From NCBI GenBank assembly GCA_965224485.1, contig CBDCZH010000007.1:32001-96000 (forward strand): a DNA stretch of 64,000 nt. The letters run 5' to 3'. Below are positions 49,838 through 59,281 of the stretch, piece after piece. The stretch's first letter is position 1. Every line of letters begins with the position of its first letter. Source of the DNA: Arcobacteraceae bacterium. Lineage in GTDB: Bacteria > Campylobacterota > Campylobacteria > Campylobacterales > Arcobacteraceae. Made by a program: the position numbers and the translations under genes. The notes under the pieces are model-generated. The model searched no databases and was not told the origin of the DNA. It saw only the letters and a program-made list of their open reading frames with translations.

Positions 49838-50140
49838 ATGATGTCAAAAGAAATTAACAAAACAAATATTTTAACTTATTTAAAAGAACATTATTTAGAG
49901 TTTAAAGACAAGTACCAAGTTGAGCAAATAGGACTATTTGGAAGCTATGCAAGAGATGAAGCATCACTAAATAGTGATATTGATATTTACGTAAAAATGA
50001 AACCCTCAATGTTTGATTTAATAGCAATAAAAGATCAAATTCAAAATGATTTAAATAAAAAAGTTGACATTATTAGAGAGCATAAAAATATTAAACCTAT
50101 TTTACTTGAAGAAATTAAAAGAGACTTAATAAATGCATAA
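49838..50140 (+). CDS. Minimal nucleotidyltransferase (MntA-type antitoxin)
   Basis: LFGSYARDEA..SDIDI, KVDI. Confidence 0.88.
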   Translation: MMSKEINKTNILTYLKEHYLEFKDKYQVEQIGLFGSYARDEASLNSDIDIYVKMKPSMFDLIAIKDQIQNDLNKKVDIIREHKNIKPILLEEIKRDLINA

Positions 50141-50504
50141 TAAAGAACTTATTCTCTCTTCTTTAGAAGATATAAGTTTCTCTTTAGAACTAGTTTTAAA
50201 AAGAGTAAAAAACATACAAACAGCAGATGATTTTTTAGAAAGTGAAAATGGCTTAGAAAAACTAGATAGTATCTCAATGAGACTAGTTGCCATAGGTGAA
50301 GCTTTTAAAAATATTGATAAATTATCAAATAATACTATCTTAAAAAACTATCCTCAAATTCCATGGAAACAAGTTAAAGGAATAAGAGATATTTTATCTC
50401 ACCACTATTTTGACATTGATGCAGAAATAATATTTGATGTATCAAAAGATGAAATACCAAAATTACTTACTATTGTAAATCAAATGAAAAAAGATTTATC
50501 TTAG
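50133..50504 (+). CDS. HepT-like HEPN RNase toxin (DUF86)
   Basis: IGEA, PQIPW, RDILSHHY (RX4HXY). Confidence 0.88.
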   Translation: MHNKELILSSLEDISFSLELVLKRVKNIQTADDFLESENGLEKLDSISMRLVAIGEAFKNIDKLSNNTILKNYPQIPWKQVKGIRDILSHHYFDIDAEIIFDVSKDEIPKLLTIVNQMKKDLS

Positions 50505-50617
50505 AATATTTATAAATAATTTAATAAAAGTAATAATTAACGTTAAAACTTAATATTATATATATTTAAATAATTTTTATATATAATAGTTTATAATAAA
50601 TATAAGAAGGATTAGAA

Positions 50618-51229
50618 TTGGCATTAATTGACTGTCCAGAGTGTAATAAAGAGATAAGTGATAAATCAGATAAGTGTATTAATTGTGGTTTTCCGTTAGA
50701 TGTAAAGCAAGAAAATAATATTACTGAAATAAAAGAAGATAGTAATTCCCTGAAAAAAGAAAAACTAGTGTGTCAAATAGAAATAAAAGGAAATGAAGAT
50801 TGGTCACCTACCTCTCCATATTTACATGGGACAGTAGCCATACTAATGTTGCTAATGATTATAATATCAATATTCAGTAAAGAGTTTTGGGAGGGTATTT
50901 TAGTTACTTTAGTTTTAGGATCAATAGGAATATATTTTGCTAATATTATATACGTATTAACACCTTTTTATTGGAAAAAGAAAAAAAACAATCAAATAAT
51001 CTATGAATATTTTAAAAAAAGATTTCATACAATTAGTGATTTTGATTATAAAAAACATGAAAAAATAGATGAATTTAATGAAATAATTGAAACATCATAT
51101 AAATCATTAGAAAATGATGAATTGTTATTTCAAATTTATATGAAAGCTTTTAATAAAAATGCAGATGCAGTTATGTTAGACAAAATTAATGAAACTGAAG
51201 TGAATTGTATATTAATTAAATATAAATAA
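50618..51229 (+). CDS. Zinc-ribbon membrane protein
   Basis: CPEC..ISDK...CINCG, two TM helices; TTG start with SD AAGGA. Confidence 0.75.
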   Translation: MALIDCPECNKEISDKSDKCINCGFPLDVKQENNITEIKEDSNSLKKEKLVCQIEIKGNEDWSPTSPYLHGTVAILMLLMIIISIFSKEFWEGILVTLVLGSIGIYFANIIYVLTPFYWKKKKNNQIIYEYFKKRFHTISDFDYKKHEKIDEFNEIIETSYKSLENDELLFQIYMKAFNKNADAVMLDKINETEVNCILIKYK

Positions 51230-51255
51230 TATCTCTTTTAAATAAAATAATTAAG

Positions 51256-51401
51256 TAAAATCAATTTATTTAATCAAATTTTGACAGATTCCAAGGCAGT
51301 TTTATTATTTTAAGTAGGAGCATACATTAGTATGTGAGTATTTAAAATAATAAAGCTAACGCCGGAATATTTTAAAAGTTGGTTAAATAAATTGTATTTT
51401 A
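51256..51401 (+). repeat. ERIC-like nested-hairpin element, copy 4
   Basis: CAAGGC 51292, GGAGCATAC 51317, GTATGTGAG 51330, AACGCCG 51358; abuts the tRNA CCA end. Confidence 0.85.
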
Positions 51402-51488
51402 TGGTACCGCTAGTCGGATTCGAACCGACACTCCATTGCTGGAAAGGGATTTTGAATCCCTCGAGTCTACCAATTTCTCCATAGCGGC
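51402..51488 (-). tRNA. tRNA-Leu(CAA)
   Basis: GCCGCTA acceptor stem, AGGGA-TTCAAAA-TCCCT anticodon arm, long variable arm, GTTCGAATC, encoded CCA. Confidence 0.96.
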
Positions 51489-51562
51489 AATTATTTTAAG
51501 TCTTGTATTGTAGTGATAAGCTTTTAAAAGTTTCCTTAAAAAAGCTTATATATTTACAGTTC

Positions 51563-52630
51563 TTAGTTTTTATTTATTGAGCATAAATCACTATATGCTA
51601 CTTCTAATCTTTTTATTAAACTTAGCTGACCTGCTCTTAGCCATTTTCTAGGATCATAATAAGATTTATTAGGTTTATCAGGATCATTTGGATTTCCAAT
51701 TTGACCTTGTAAAAAATCTCTATTAGAGGCTTCGTATTCTCTTACACCATCCCAAAATGCCCATTGAGTATCTGTATCAATATTCATTTTAATAACACCA
51801 TAAGAAATAGCTTCTCTAATTTCTTCAAGTTTGGAACCTGAACCACCATGAAAAACAAAATCAACAGCTTGTTCGTTAGTATTATATCTTTCTTGAATAT
51901 ATTTTTGAGAATTAGCTAAAATTTTTGGACTTAATTGTACATTTCCTGGTTTATAAACCCCATGTACATTTCCAAATGATGCTGCTATTGTAAAATTAGG
52001 AGATACTTCACTTAGTTTTTCATAAGCGTAAGCTACTTCTTCTGGTTGAGTATATAATAAGGTATTGTCAATATCAGAATTATCAACACCATCTTCTTCT
52101 CCACCAGTAATTCCTAGCTCAATTTCAATCATCATATCAAGTTTGCTCATTCGTTTGAAATATTCTACACATGTAGATATATTCTCTTCTAAAGGTTCTT
52201 CACTTAAATCTAACATATGAGAAGTATACAAAGGTCTTCCATTTTTCTCATAAAAAGAAAGACTTGCTTCTAATAAACCATCAATCCATGGAAGAAGTTT
52301 TCTTGCTGCATGATCTGTATGTAAAATAACAGGTATTCCATAGGCTTGCGCTAAAGCGTGTACATGCATAGCCCCTGAAATACCACCAAGAAGTCCAGGC
52401 ATTTTAGCATTTAGACCTTTACCTTCAAAATAAGAAGCTCCACCTTGAGAGAATTGTATAATTATTGGAGAATTAACTTTTTTAGCAACTTCTAAAACAG
52501 CATTAACTGAATCTGTACTTACAACATTTACAGCAGGTATTGCAAACTTATTTTCTTTTGCATATTTAAAAAGTTTTTTAGCCTCACTACCACTTAACAC
52601 TCCGGCATTTACTACATCTAATATTCCCAA
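51563..52630 (-). CDS. fbaA: Class II fructose-bisphosphate aldolase
   Basis: HTDH, HMLDLS, GEEDG, FGNVHG, FHGGSG, NIDTD; TTG at 52630 has SD AAGGA. Confidence 0.95.
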   Translation of the reverse strand: MGILDVVNAGVLSGSEAKKLFKYAKENKFAIPAVNVVSTDSVNAVLEVAKKVNSPIIIQFSQGGASYFEGKGLNAKMPGLLGGISGAMHVHALAQAYGIPVILHTDHAARKLLPWIDGLLEASLSFYEKNGRPLYTSHMLDLSEEPLEENISTCVEYFKRMSKLDMMIEIELGITGGEEDGVDNSDIDNTLLYTQPEEVAYAYEKLSEVSPNFTIAASFGNVHGVYKPGNVQLSPKILANSQKYIQERYNTNEQAVDFVFHGGSGSKLEEIREAISYGVIKMNIDTDTQWAFWDGVREYEASNRDFLQGQIGNPNDPDKPNKSYYDPRKWLRAGQLSLIKRLEVAYSDLCSINKN

Positions 52631-52640
52631 ATTGGATTCC

Positions 52641-53450
52641 TTATTTAATAACAATTTTAGCAGTTTTTCTTAATCTTTGTACATTCAATTTAATTTGATC
52701 TGAATATCTTTTTTGAACAAGAATCTGTGTAATTTTTTTCTCAACTTCATTAAAACTTAAAGCTTTTGCAGGTGTTTTATTTTCTAAATAAATTACATGA
52801 AAACCAAATTGTGTTTTAACAGGAGTTTTTGAATAATTCCCTTTTTTTAAAGCAGATGCAGCTTTTGAAAACTCTGGAACCATTTGTTTTGGTGAAAATT
52901 TACCTAAGTAACCACCTTTTGCACCAGTTGGTCCAATTGATAACTCTTTAGCAATTTTTTCAAAAGTAGCTTTTTTATTTTTTGCTTTATTTAATCTTTT
53001 AATTACCGCTTGTGCTTCTTTATTAGTTTTAACCAAAATATGTCTAGCTTCTAAAGCTTCTTGTGTTTGAAACTTCTCTTTATTTTTTTTGTAAAAACTT
53101 TCTTTATCAGCTTTTGTAACTATAATTTTTTTAAATTCAGCTTGCATCCATATTTCTAATGCTAAGTCTTGTTTTAATTTTTCTAAAGCATTTTTATAAG
53201 AAGTTTGTTCTTGAACTCCACTTTTCATAGCTTCAATTGTTAAAAGCTTTTTTTCAACTGCTTGATTGATAACTTTCTTTTGTGTTTCTTTTGGCAGTGT
53301 ATTAAAATTTATCTTTGGGTTTCTTAATATTTGAGCTATTTCAGAATTAGTTATTTCTTGACCATTTACTGTTGCTAAAACATTTGCTGCGCTTAATGAG
53401 CTAACTGTTAAAGTTAAACTTGCAAGAAGACTTAAAACTACTTTTTTCAT
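52641..53450 (-). CDS. Periplasmic parvulin PPIase (PEB4/Cbf2-like)
   Basis: Signal peptide, ARHILV, GGYLG, TQFGFHVI. Confidence 0.9.
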   Translation of the reverse strand: MKKVVLSLLASLTLTVSSLSAANVLATVNGQEITNSEIAQILRNPKINFNTLPKETQKKVINQAVEKKLLTIEAMKSGVQEQTSYKNALEKLKQDLALEIWMQAEFKKIIVTKADKESFYKKNKEKFQTQEALEARHILVKTNKEAQAVIKRLNKAKNKKATFEKIAKELSIGPTGAKGGYLGKFSPKQMVPEFSKAASALKKGNYSKTPVKTQFGFHVIYLENKTPAKALSFNEVEKKITQILVQKRYSDQIKLNVQRLRKTAKIVIK

Positions 53451-53626
53451 ACTTTTCCTTAGATTTTTTTATAAACGTTATTTTACCTTTTTTTTATTAA
53501 CAAATAGTTAATTCAATAAAATTTACAAAAAAATATATTGACAATTCATTTAAAAGCCCTATTTTACCTTATTTACATACAAATTTAAGATTTCTTTAAA
53601 AAAACCTTTTAATCTAAAAGTATTTA

Positions 53627-53635
53627 TGTTATAAT
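53627..53635 (+). promoter_or_regulatory. Extended -10 promoter of hsrA
   Basis: TGTTATAAT about 45 nt upstream of the ATG. Confidence 0.6.
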
Positions 53636-53679
53636 TCGCCAAAATTTAAACTTAACTTAACTTTAAGGAAACAAATATA

Positions 53680-54372
53680 ATGAGAATTTTAATTATTGAA
53701 GACGAAATCACATTAAACAGAACTTTGCAAGAAGGTCTTTCTGATTTTGGGTACCAAGTAGATGCAGCAGAAAATTATAAAGATGCTGAGTACTTTATTG
53801 ACATTAGAAACTATGACTTAGTTTTAACTGATTGGATGTTACCAGATGGTGACGGAATTGAACTATGTAAGATTGTAAAAAACAGAAGTTCTAGAACTGC
53901 TGTTGTTATCGTTTCTGCAAGAGATGATAAAGAGAGTGAAATAGAAGCATTAAAATCAGGTGCTGATGATTATATTAAAAAACCATTTGATTTTGATATC
54001 TTACTTGCTAGAATAGAAGCTAGATTAAGATTTGGTGGAACTAATGTAATTGAAGTTGATAAATTAACTATTAACCCTGATGAAGAAAAAATCATTTATG
54101 ATGGTGAAGAGATTGAATTAAAAGGTAAACCTTTTGAAGTATTAACTCACCTAGCTCGTCATAGAGATCAAATTGTTTCAAAAGAACAATTATTAGATGC
54201 AATTTGGGAAGAACCTGAATTAGTTACTCCAAATGTAATTGAAGTTGCAATTAATCAGATTAGACAAAAAATGGATAAACCTTTAAATATTTCTACTATT
54301 GAAACAATTAGAAGAAGAGGTTATAGATTCTGTTATCCAACTGCAGATCAAGAAGCTGAAAAAAACAAATAA
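53680..54372 (+). CDS. hsrA: HsrA/CosR (HP1043-type) response regulator
   Basis: GKPFEVLTHLARHRDQIVSKEQLLDAIWEEPE..TPNVIEVAINQIRQKMDKPL signature. Confidence 0.92.
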   Translation: MRILIIEDEITLNRTLQEGLSDFGYQVDAAENYKDAEYFIDIRNYDLVLTDWMLPDGDGIELCKIVKNRSSRTAVVIVSARDDKESEIEALKSGADDYIKKPFDFDILLARIEARLRFGGTNVIEVDKLTINPDEEKIIYDGEEIELKGKPFEVLTHLARHRDQIVSKEQLLDAIWEEPELVTPNVIEVAINQIRQKMDKPLNISTIETIRRRGYRFCYPTADQEAEKNK

Positions 54373-54381
54373 GAAATAAAG

Positions 54382-55683
54382 ATGTATCCAAAAAGTATTT
54401 ATAAGCAGTTTTACCAAAAACTTATACTGGCTACATCATTATTTATGATAACCATATCTTTTATTTTTTATGGTTATACAAAAGCTACCATCTATGAAGA
54501 GATTAAAGAGAGTCTTCTTCAAGATGCTAAGTTAATTTTTGAACTTTCTAAAAGTGAGAAGGTTAATATAAAAGATTTTAATATCATTACCAGTTCTGGT
54601 ATTGATATTGATTTAGTTACTATTAAGAATATCTCTCAAATAACCTACACTACATATAAAAAAAATAAGAATCACTTCTTAGTTTTATACTATCCTTTTG
54701 ATTTACATAGTGAAAAATATATAAAAATATCAAAAAACATAAATTCCTCCAGAGCAATGTTAAGTAAAATATCTAATAATTTATTTTTACTAAGTCTTGG
54801 TGGTTTAATTATGGTAATTTTATATGCGTTTACTGTTTCAAAAACTCTTCTTCGTCCAATTATTGAAATAACAGACAAGTTATCCAATATGAACGAAAAT
54901 TATTTGACTCAAATTGATAAAAAAGTTCTTCCTGTAGAGTTCCATGCATTATCTGACTCTATTAACTCTTTAACAAATAAAATACAAACTTATGTAAAAT
55001 TTAAAAAAGAACTTTTTATAGGTGCGGCACATGAGCTTAAAACTCCCCTAGCAGTTATGAAGTTAAAATCAGAAGTAACTTTAATGAAAGAGCGAGAGAG
55101 TGAAAAATATAAAGAGACATTAAAACTACAAATAAATCAAATCAATGATATGAATAAAATGATTAGCTCTATTTTGGATATTGGAAGACAAGAAGGAGCA
55201 CAGTTCGAAAAAGCAGTTGAACTTGACTTAGTCTCTTTTATGCAAAGAAAAACTAATGATTATAGAATGTTATCAGCTGAAAAGAAAATAACTATAACCT
55301 ATTATTCCGATGTAAACTCTTATAAAATTTTCATTCAAGCAACCCTATTAAATCAAATTATTCAAAATCTAGTCCAAAATGCAATTAAATTTACACCCAA
55401 TGATAAATTTATTGCAATATCTTTAGAAAAGCAAAAAGATAGTATAAAAATAATTGTAAAAGATGATGGAATTGGAATTGATGAATCAATTGATCTTTTT
55501 GCACCATTTAAGAGAATAGGAAATCAAAGTGGAGCTGGATTAGGTTTATTCTTAGCAAAAAGTGCCTGTGATACTTTAGGAGCTAATTTAACACTAAAAA
55601 ATAGAGTAGATGGAAATACAGGTTGTCAAGCAGTACTAGAACTTCATCGTACTGCTTTATGTAAGTTAGATATAAAGTCTTAG
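54382..55683 (+). CDS. Sensor histidine kinase paired with HsrA
   Basis: Two TM segments, AHELKTP, NAIKF, DDGIGI, GAGLGL. Confidence 0.9.
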   Translation: MYPKSIYKQFYQKLILATSLFMITISFIFYGYTKATIYEEIKESLLQDAKLIFELSKSEKVNIKDFNIITSSGIDIDLVTIKNISQITYTTYKKNKNHFLVLYYPFDLHSEKYIKISKNINSSRAMLSKISNNLFLLSLGGLIMVILYAFTVSKTLLRPIIEITDKLSNMNENYLTQIDKKVLPVEFHALSDSINSLTNKIQTYVKFKKELFIGAAHELKTPLAVMKLKSEVTLMKERESEKYKETLKLQINQINDMNKMISSILDIGRQEGAQFEKAVELDLVSFMQRKTNDYRMLSAEKKITITYYSDVNSYKIFIQATLLNQIIQNLVQNAIKFTPNDKFIAISLEKQKDSIKIIVKDDGIGIDESIDLFAPFKRIGNQSGAGLGLFLAKSACDTLGANLTLKNRVDGNTGCQAVLELHRTALCKLDIKS

Positions 55684-55688
55684 ATTTC

Positions 55689-56117
55689 TTAAAATAAAGA
55701 TGCGTGGTCTATCTTAGTACAATGATTTTGTACAACTTTCATTCCTGCATCAAGTGCTTTTTGTGCTGCTTCATTATTAACTAAACCTAATTGAGTCCAT
55801 ACAGTATCAACATCACCTCTTTTTATAGCTTCTTCAATAACTAAAGCAATTACTTCACTTTTTCTAAAAACATCAATCATATCAATTTTAAAAGGTATTT
55901 CACTTAAGCTTCTATAAACTTTCTCGCCTAAGATTTCATCACCTTTTGGATAAACAGGAACAATTTTAAAACCAGCATTTTTTAAATAAGAGGCAACTTT
56001 ATTACTAGCTTTTGATGTATCAGGTGAGCAACCTATAATTGCAATTGTTTTAGTATTTAAAAAAATTTCTTTAATTTCATCTTTATTTGAATTAATTGTA
56101 GCAAATTCACATTCCAT
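55689..56117 (-). CDS. CoA-binding protein (YccU-like)
   Basis: IAIIGCS, PVYP, DVFR, WTQLG, VQNHC. Confidence 0.88.
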   Translation of the reverse strand: MECEFATINSNKDEIKEIFLNTKTIAIIGCSPDTSKASNKVASYLKNAGFKIVPVYPKGDEILGEKVYRSLSEIPFKIDMIDVFRKSEVIALVIEEAIKRGDVDTVWTQLGLVNNEAAQKALDAGMKVVQNHCTKIDHASLF

Positions 56118-57169
56118 TATTGAGCCTTTATTAATTTATTTTGAACAAAAGTTTTAACCACATTGTAATCAATACTCTCTTTGAAATCATCAAACCTACA
56201 GCCAGCAGCGTTAACGTGCCCTCCACCATCTGCCATTTTACAAGCTAATGCTGAGACATCAACTATTCCATCTGCTCGTAAAGAAGTATGTCCTTTTTTG
56301 CCAACATCAATAAAAAAATCATAATCTTTATTTGCCTTTAAAAAAGCATTTGCAGGAATTGAAATTCCACCTAAAGTATAAGTTAATAAACCCTTATGCC
56401 CATTATAAAATACAGTTAATTCTTCTTTTTTATTAACTAATAGAGACACCAAATAAGAAGCACTTAGATTATCAATAGTATTTTCATCATTATTTAAAGC
56501 TAAATATGATTTTTTTAGAAAATGAATATTATCATCAAGTTTTATATTTGCATTATTTTCATTTATAAATGTAGCTGCTTCTTGCATTAAATAAAGTCTA
56601 TAATCTCTATTTTCATCTGAAAATAAAGTAGCATTTATTTCTCTTGCTCTTGATACCATAGATAATAAAACTTTACCAAATTCAAAATTAAATATTTCAT
56701 CTTCTAACCAAATATCAATTGCATTTATCGCATTTACTAAAGCTTCAAATTTTTTAAGACTTTTATCATCATAAGATGAAAATTCTTTTAACATATAATC
56801 ATATACTATTTTTGTAGCACAGCGTTTTGTATCTAAAAAATACCACTCATACTTATCAGCACTAGCTTGTCCTGTTGCATGATGATCTAATAATTGTAAA
56901 GTAATATTATAATTATCATCTTTTAAAAGTTTGATTTCTTTATCAAGGTTTTTTGCTTCGTTTGGTGTAAGATTTACGTCAGTAATTAAAAAGAATATTT
57001 CATCTTCATTTGTTAGTTTTTTAATCTCTTCTATAACTTTTTTTATACTAAGTTTTACTTCTAAACCATAATTAGCATTTAAAAAAAATGCATCTTTAAA
57101 ATATGTTTTGCTTAAAAGTTGGCATCCATATCCATCTAAATCCGTATGAGAGATATGAAATAGTTTCAT
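56117..57169 (-). CDS. DHH-family phosphoesterase
   Basis: SHTDLDG, LDHH, GGGHVNAAG. Confidence 0.9.
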   Translation of the reverse strand: MKLFHISHTDLDGYGCQLLSKTYFKDAFFLNANYGLEVKLSIKKVIEEIKKLTNEDEIFFLITDVNLTPNEAKNLDKEIKLLKDDNYNITLQLLDHHATGQASADKYEWYFLDTKRCATKIVYDYMLKEFSSYDDKSLKKFEALVNAINAIDIWLEDEIFNFEFGKVLLSMVSRAREINATLFSDENRDYRLYLMQEAATFINENNANIKLDDNIHFLKKSYLALNNDENTIDNLSASYLVSLLVNKKEELTVFYNGHKGLLTYTLGGISIPANAFLKANKDYDFFIDVGKKGHTSLRADGIVDVSALACKMADGGGHVNAAGCRFDDFKESIDYNVVKTFVQNKLIKAQ

Positions 57170-57567
57170 GTAGAAATATCCTTAAGTGTTAAATCTTCTA
57201 AAAAAAGATCTATTTTTGTTTGTAAATTATTTAATAATGGCCAAATTGTACAACAAGAAGCAATATCAGAAGGACATGAAGCCATTGAAGGTGAGCATTC
57301 AAAAACAGAAGGATTCTTTTCTTCAGCAGCACTTGTAATTTGTAAAATTGTAAGTTCATCATAAGGTCTTGCTAATACAAAACCACCATTTACACCTCTT
57401 TGTGATTTAACAATATTACTCTTTGCTAAATTTTGCATAATTTTTGCTAAATAAGTTTTAGGAATATTTAACTCAGTTGACAAAAGATCAACATTTTTTA
57501 ATCTATCACTTTTTGCAATTGAAATGAGCGACAAAAGCGCATACTCACTTTTTTTTGTAAGTAACAT
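57166..57567 (-). CDS. Rrf2-family transcriptional regulator
   Basis: SEYAL, YLAKI, RGVNGGF, Cys cluster C..C..CC. Confidence 0.9.
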   Translation of the reverse strand: MLLTKKSEYALLSLISIAKSDRLKNVDLLSTELNIPKTYLAKIMQNLAKSNIVKSQRGVNGGFVLARPYDELTILQITSAAEEKNPSVFECSPSMASCPSDIASCCTIWPLLNNLQTKIDLFLEDLTLKDIST

Positions 57568-57660
57568 ATATATCCTAATTATTAAATTTTATCTATTCTA
57601 CTTTAATTATTATTAATTTTCTTTATATTTAAACTTTTAGTTTGAAATTAATATTTATTT

Positions 57661-57696
57661 AAAAAAAAAGGTTGCAAGTAAACTCGCAACCTTTTT
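57661..57696 (-). terminator. Intrinsic terminator of rpsO
   Basis: GGTTGCGAG-TTTA-CTTGCAACC followed by T9 on minus. Confidence 0.85.
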
Positions 57697-57718
57697 AATT
57701 AATTTAAGTTAAAAAAAA

Positions 57719-57991
57719 CTATTTAGCTCTAATTCCTAAATCAGCAACTAATGCCATAAATTTAGTATAATCAGTTTTTCTTAAATATTTAAGAAGTCTT
57801 TTTCTTTTTCCAACCATTTTTAATAGACCTAATCTTGAAGAGTGATCTTTTTTATTAATTTTTAAATGTTCAGTTAATACTTTAATTTGTTCAGTTAGTA
57901 CTGCGATTTGTACTTCTGATGAACCTGTATCTTTTTCTGCTCTTTGATGTTTTGCAATTATGCTTGTTTTTAAGTCCTGATCTAAAGCCAT
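57719..57991 (-). CDS. rpsO: 30S ribosomal protein S15
   Basis: [22 protein letters not shown]. Confidence 0.98.
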   Translation of the reverse strand: MALDQDLKTSIIAKHQRAEKDTGSSEVQIAVLTEQIKVLTEHLKINKKDHSSRLGLLKMVGKRKRLLKYLRKTDYTKFMALVADLGIRAK

Positions 57992-58107
57992 AATGACCTC
58001 CTAATAGGTATATAATCTCACTAAATTTTAGTGGACACGTATTATAGGTAAATTATCTTTAAAAAGTCTTTAAGCAAGAATATTTTATTTGTCTTAAATT
58101 ATTTTGT

Positions 58108-59130
58108 TTAAGTTATAAAATCCAAAGAAGACAAAAGACCAGTTGAACCATCTTCTCTTAGGAAAAAAGAAGTTGATTTTAACTGTGCTAAGGGTTCATT
58201 TATACTTTTGTTAATACTCATTCTCGTATTAGTATTATTTAAATATATTGCACCAATATTTGCTTCATTTAAAGAAATAAGTTTATCTTCACCTTTTTCA
58301 TCTTTTGCGAAAATTAAAAGATCTTTAAAAATATCATCATTTTCATCTATCCAAGAATTTTCATCTATATCATAAGCTCTTAACTCAGCAAAAGCATTGT
58401 TTGTACTTGGTCCAAATAGCTCTAAACCATTATCAATTTTTTTATTATGATTTTTATCTAAGGCTAAAAAACCATTTCCTTCTTTTAAACAAGCTAATTC
58501 ATCTTTTATATTATTGGAATCTAAGTCAAATTTAAAAGTCATCTCTTCTTCTAAAAAATCCAAGGAACTTGAACTTTGTTTATATTGAATTATTAAAGGA
58601 TCAATAAAATTAAGAGATGAAAATTCTAGACGTTCTTCATGTTTCTCATAAAACTCTTTAGAATAAGATATTTTTAAATCCAAATTTATATCTTTATTGT
58701 TAGTTTTTATAATAGCTTTTGCTGTAAATTCAATACTGTCTTTTTTCTTATACTCAATACTTCTTTGAAACTTAACATCAGTTTTAAGTAGTTCTAATTT
58801 TGTTTTATTTTCATTTACATTAATATTTTCACAAGAACAATACTCATGTGCTTTTACTTTTGCTACTTTTTTATTAATACCCAAGAATTCAATTAATATA
58901 AATTCCAAATTCAATATTGCAATTTGAACATAAGCACTTTTGATTTTAAATTCTTTATCTTCTACTAAAGCTTTATTTTTTAAAGATATTTCATATTTAG
59001 CATTATTTTCATTCTCGTCACTAATAAAACTAAGTAAAGTTTTTTTAAATTCTAAAGAAGATTGAACTTTTATATCAAGTTCATTTGTAGTTTGGGCATT
59101 TATTTTTACATCAGAAGATTCTATTTTCAT
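58108..59130 (-). CDS. Hypothetical protein with DPL..FDLD..GFLALD.N..ID.G.ELFG Ca-binding-like domain
   Basis: Motifs in the C-terminal half; SD AAGGGA. Confidence 0.7.
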   Translation of the reverse strand: MKIESSDVKINAQTTNELDIKVQSSLEFKKTLLSFISDENENNAKYEISLKNKALVEDKEFKIKSAYVQIAILNLEFILIEFLGINKKVAKVKAHEYCSCENINVNENKTKLELLKTDVKFQRSIEYKKKDSIEFTAKAIIKTNNKDINLDLKISYSKEFYEKHEERLEFSSLNFIDPLIIQYKQSSSSLDFLEEEMTFKFDLDSNNIKDELACLKEGNGFLALDKNHNKKIDNGLELFGPSTNNAFAELRAYDIDENSWIDENDDIFKDLLIFAKDEKGEDKLISLNEANIGAIYLNNTNTRMSINKSINEPLAQLKSTSFFLREDGSTGLLSSLDFIT

Positions 59131-59281
59131 AATAATCCCTTTATTTTATATGTTTTAATAATAATAATACAATTTATTAATTTATTAAAGTAAAAAAGAA
59201 AGTAATTAAAGAAATAGCAAAATTTAAGAGTTATTTTAAACTAAAGTTAAAAATGCTCTATTAAAAGTATTTGTCAATAAA

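Noticed and set aside
49800..51488. tRNA-Leu-anchored integrative island (mnt/hepT, zinc-ribbon gene)
   Set aside because: No integrase and no duplicated tRNA 3' end seen; at most an insertion hotspot
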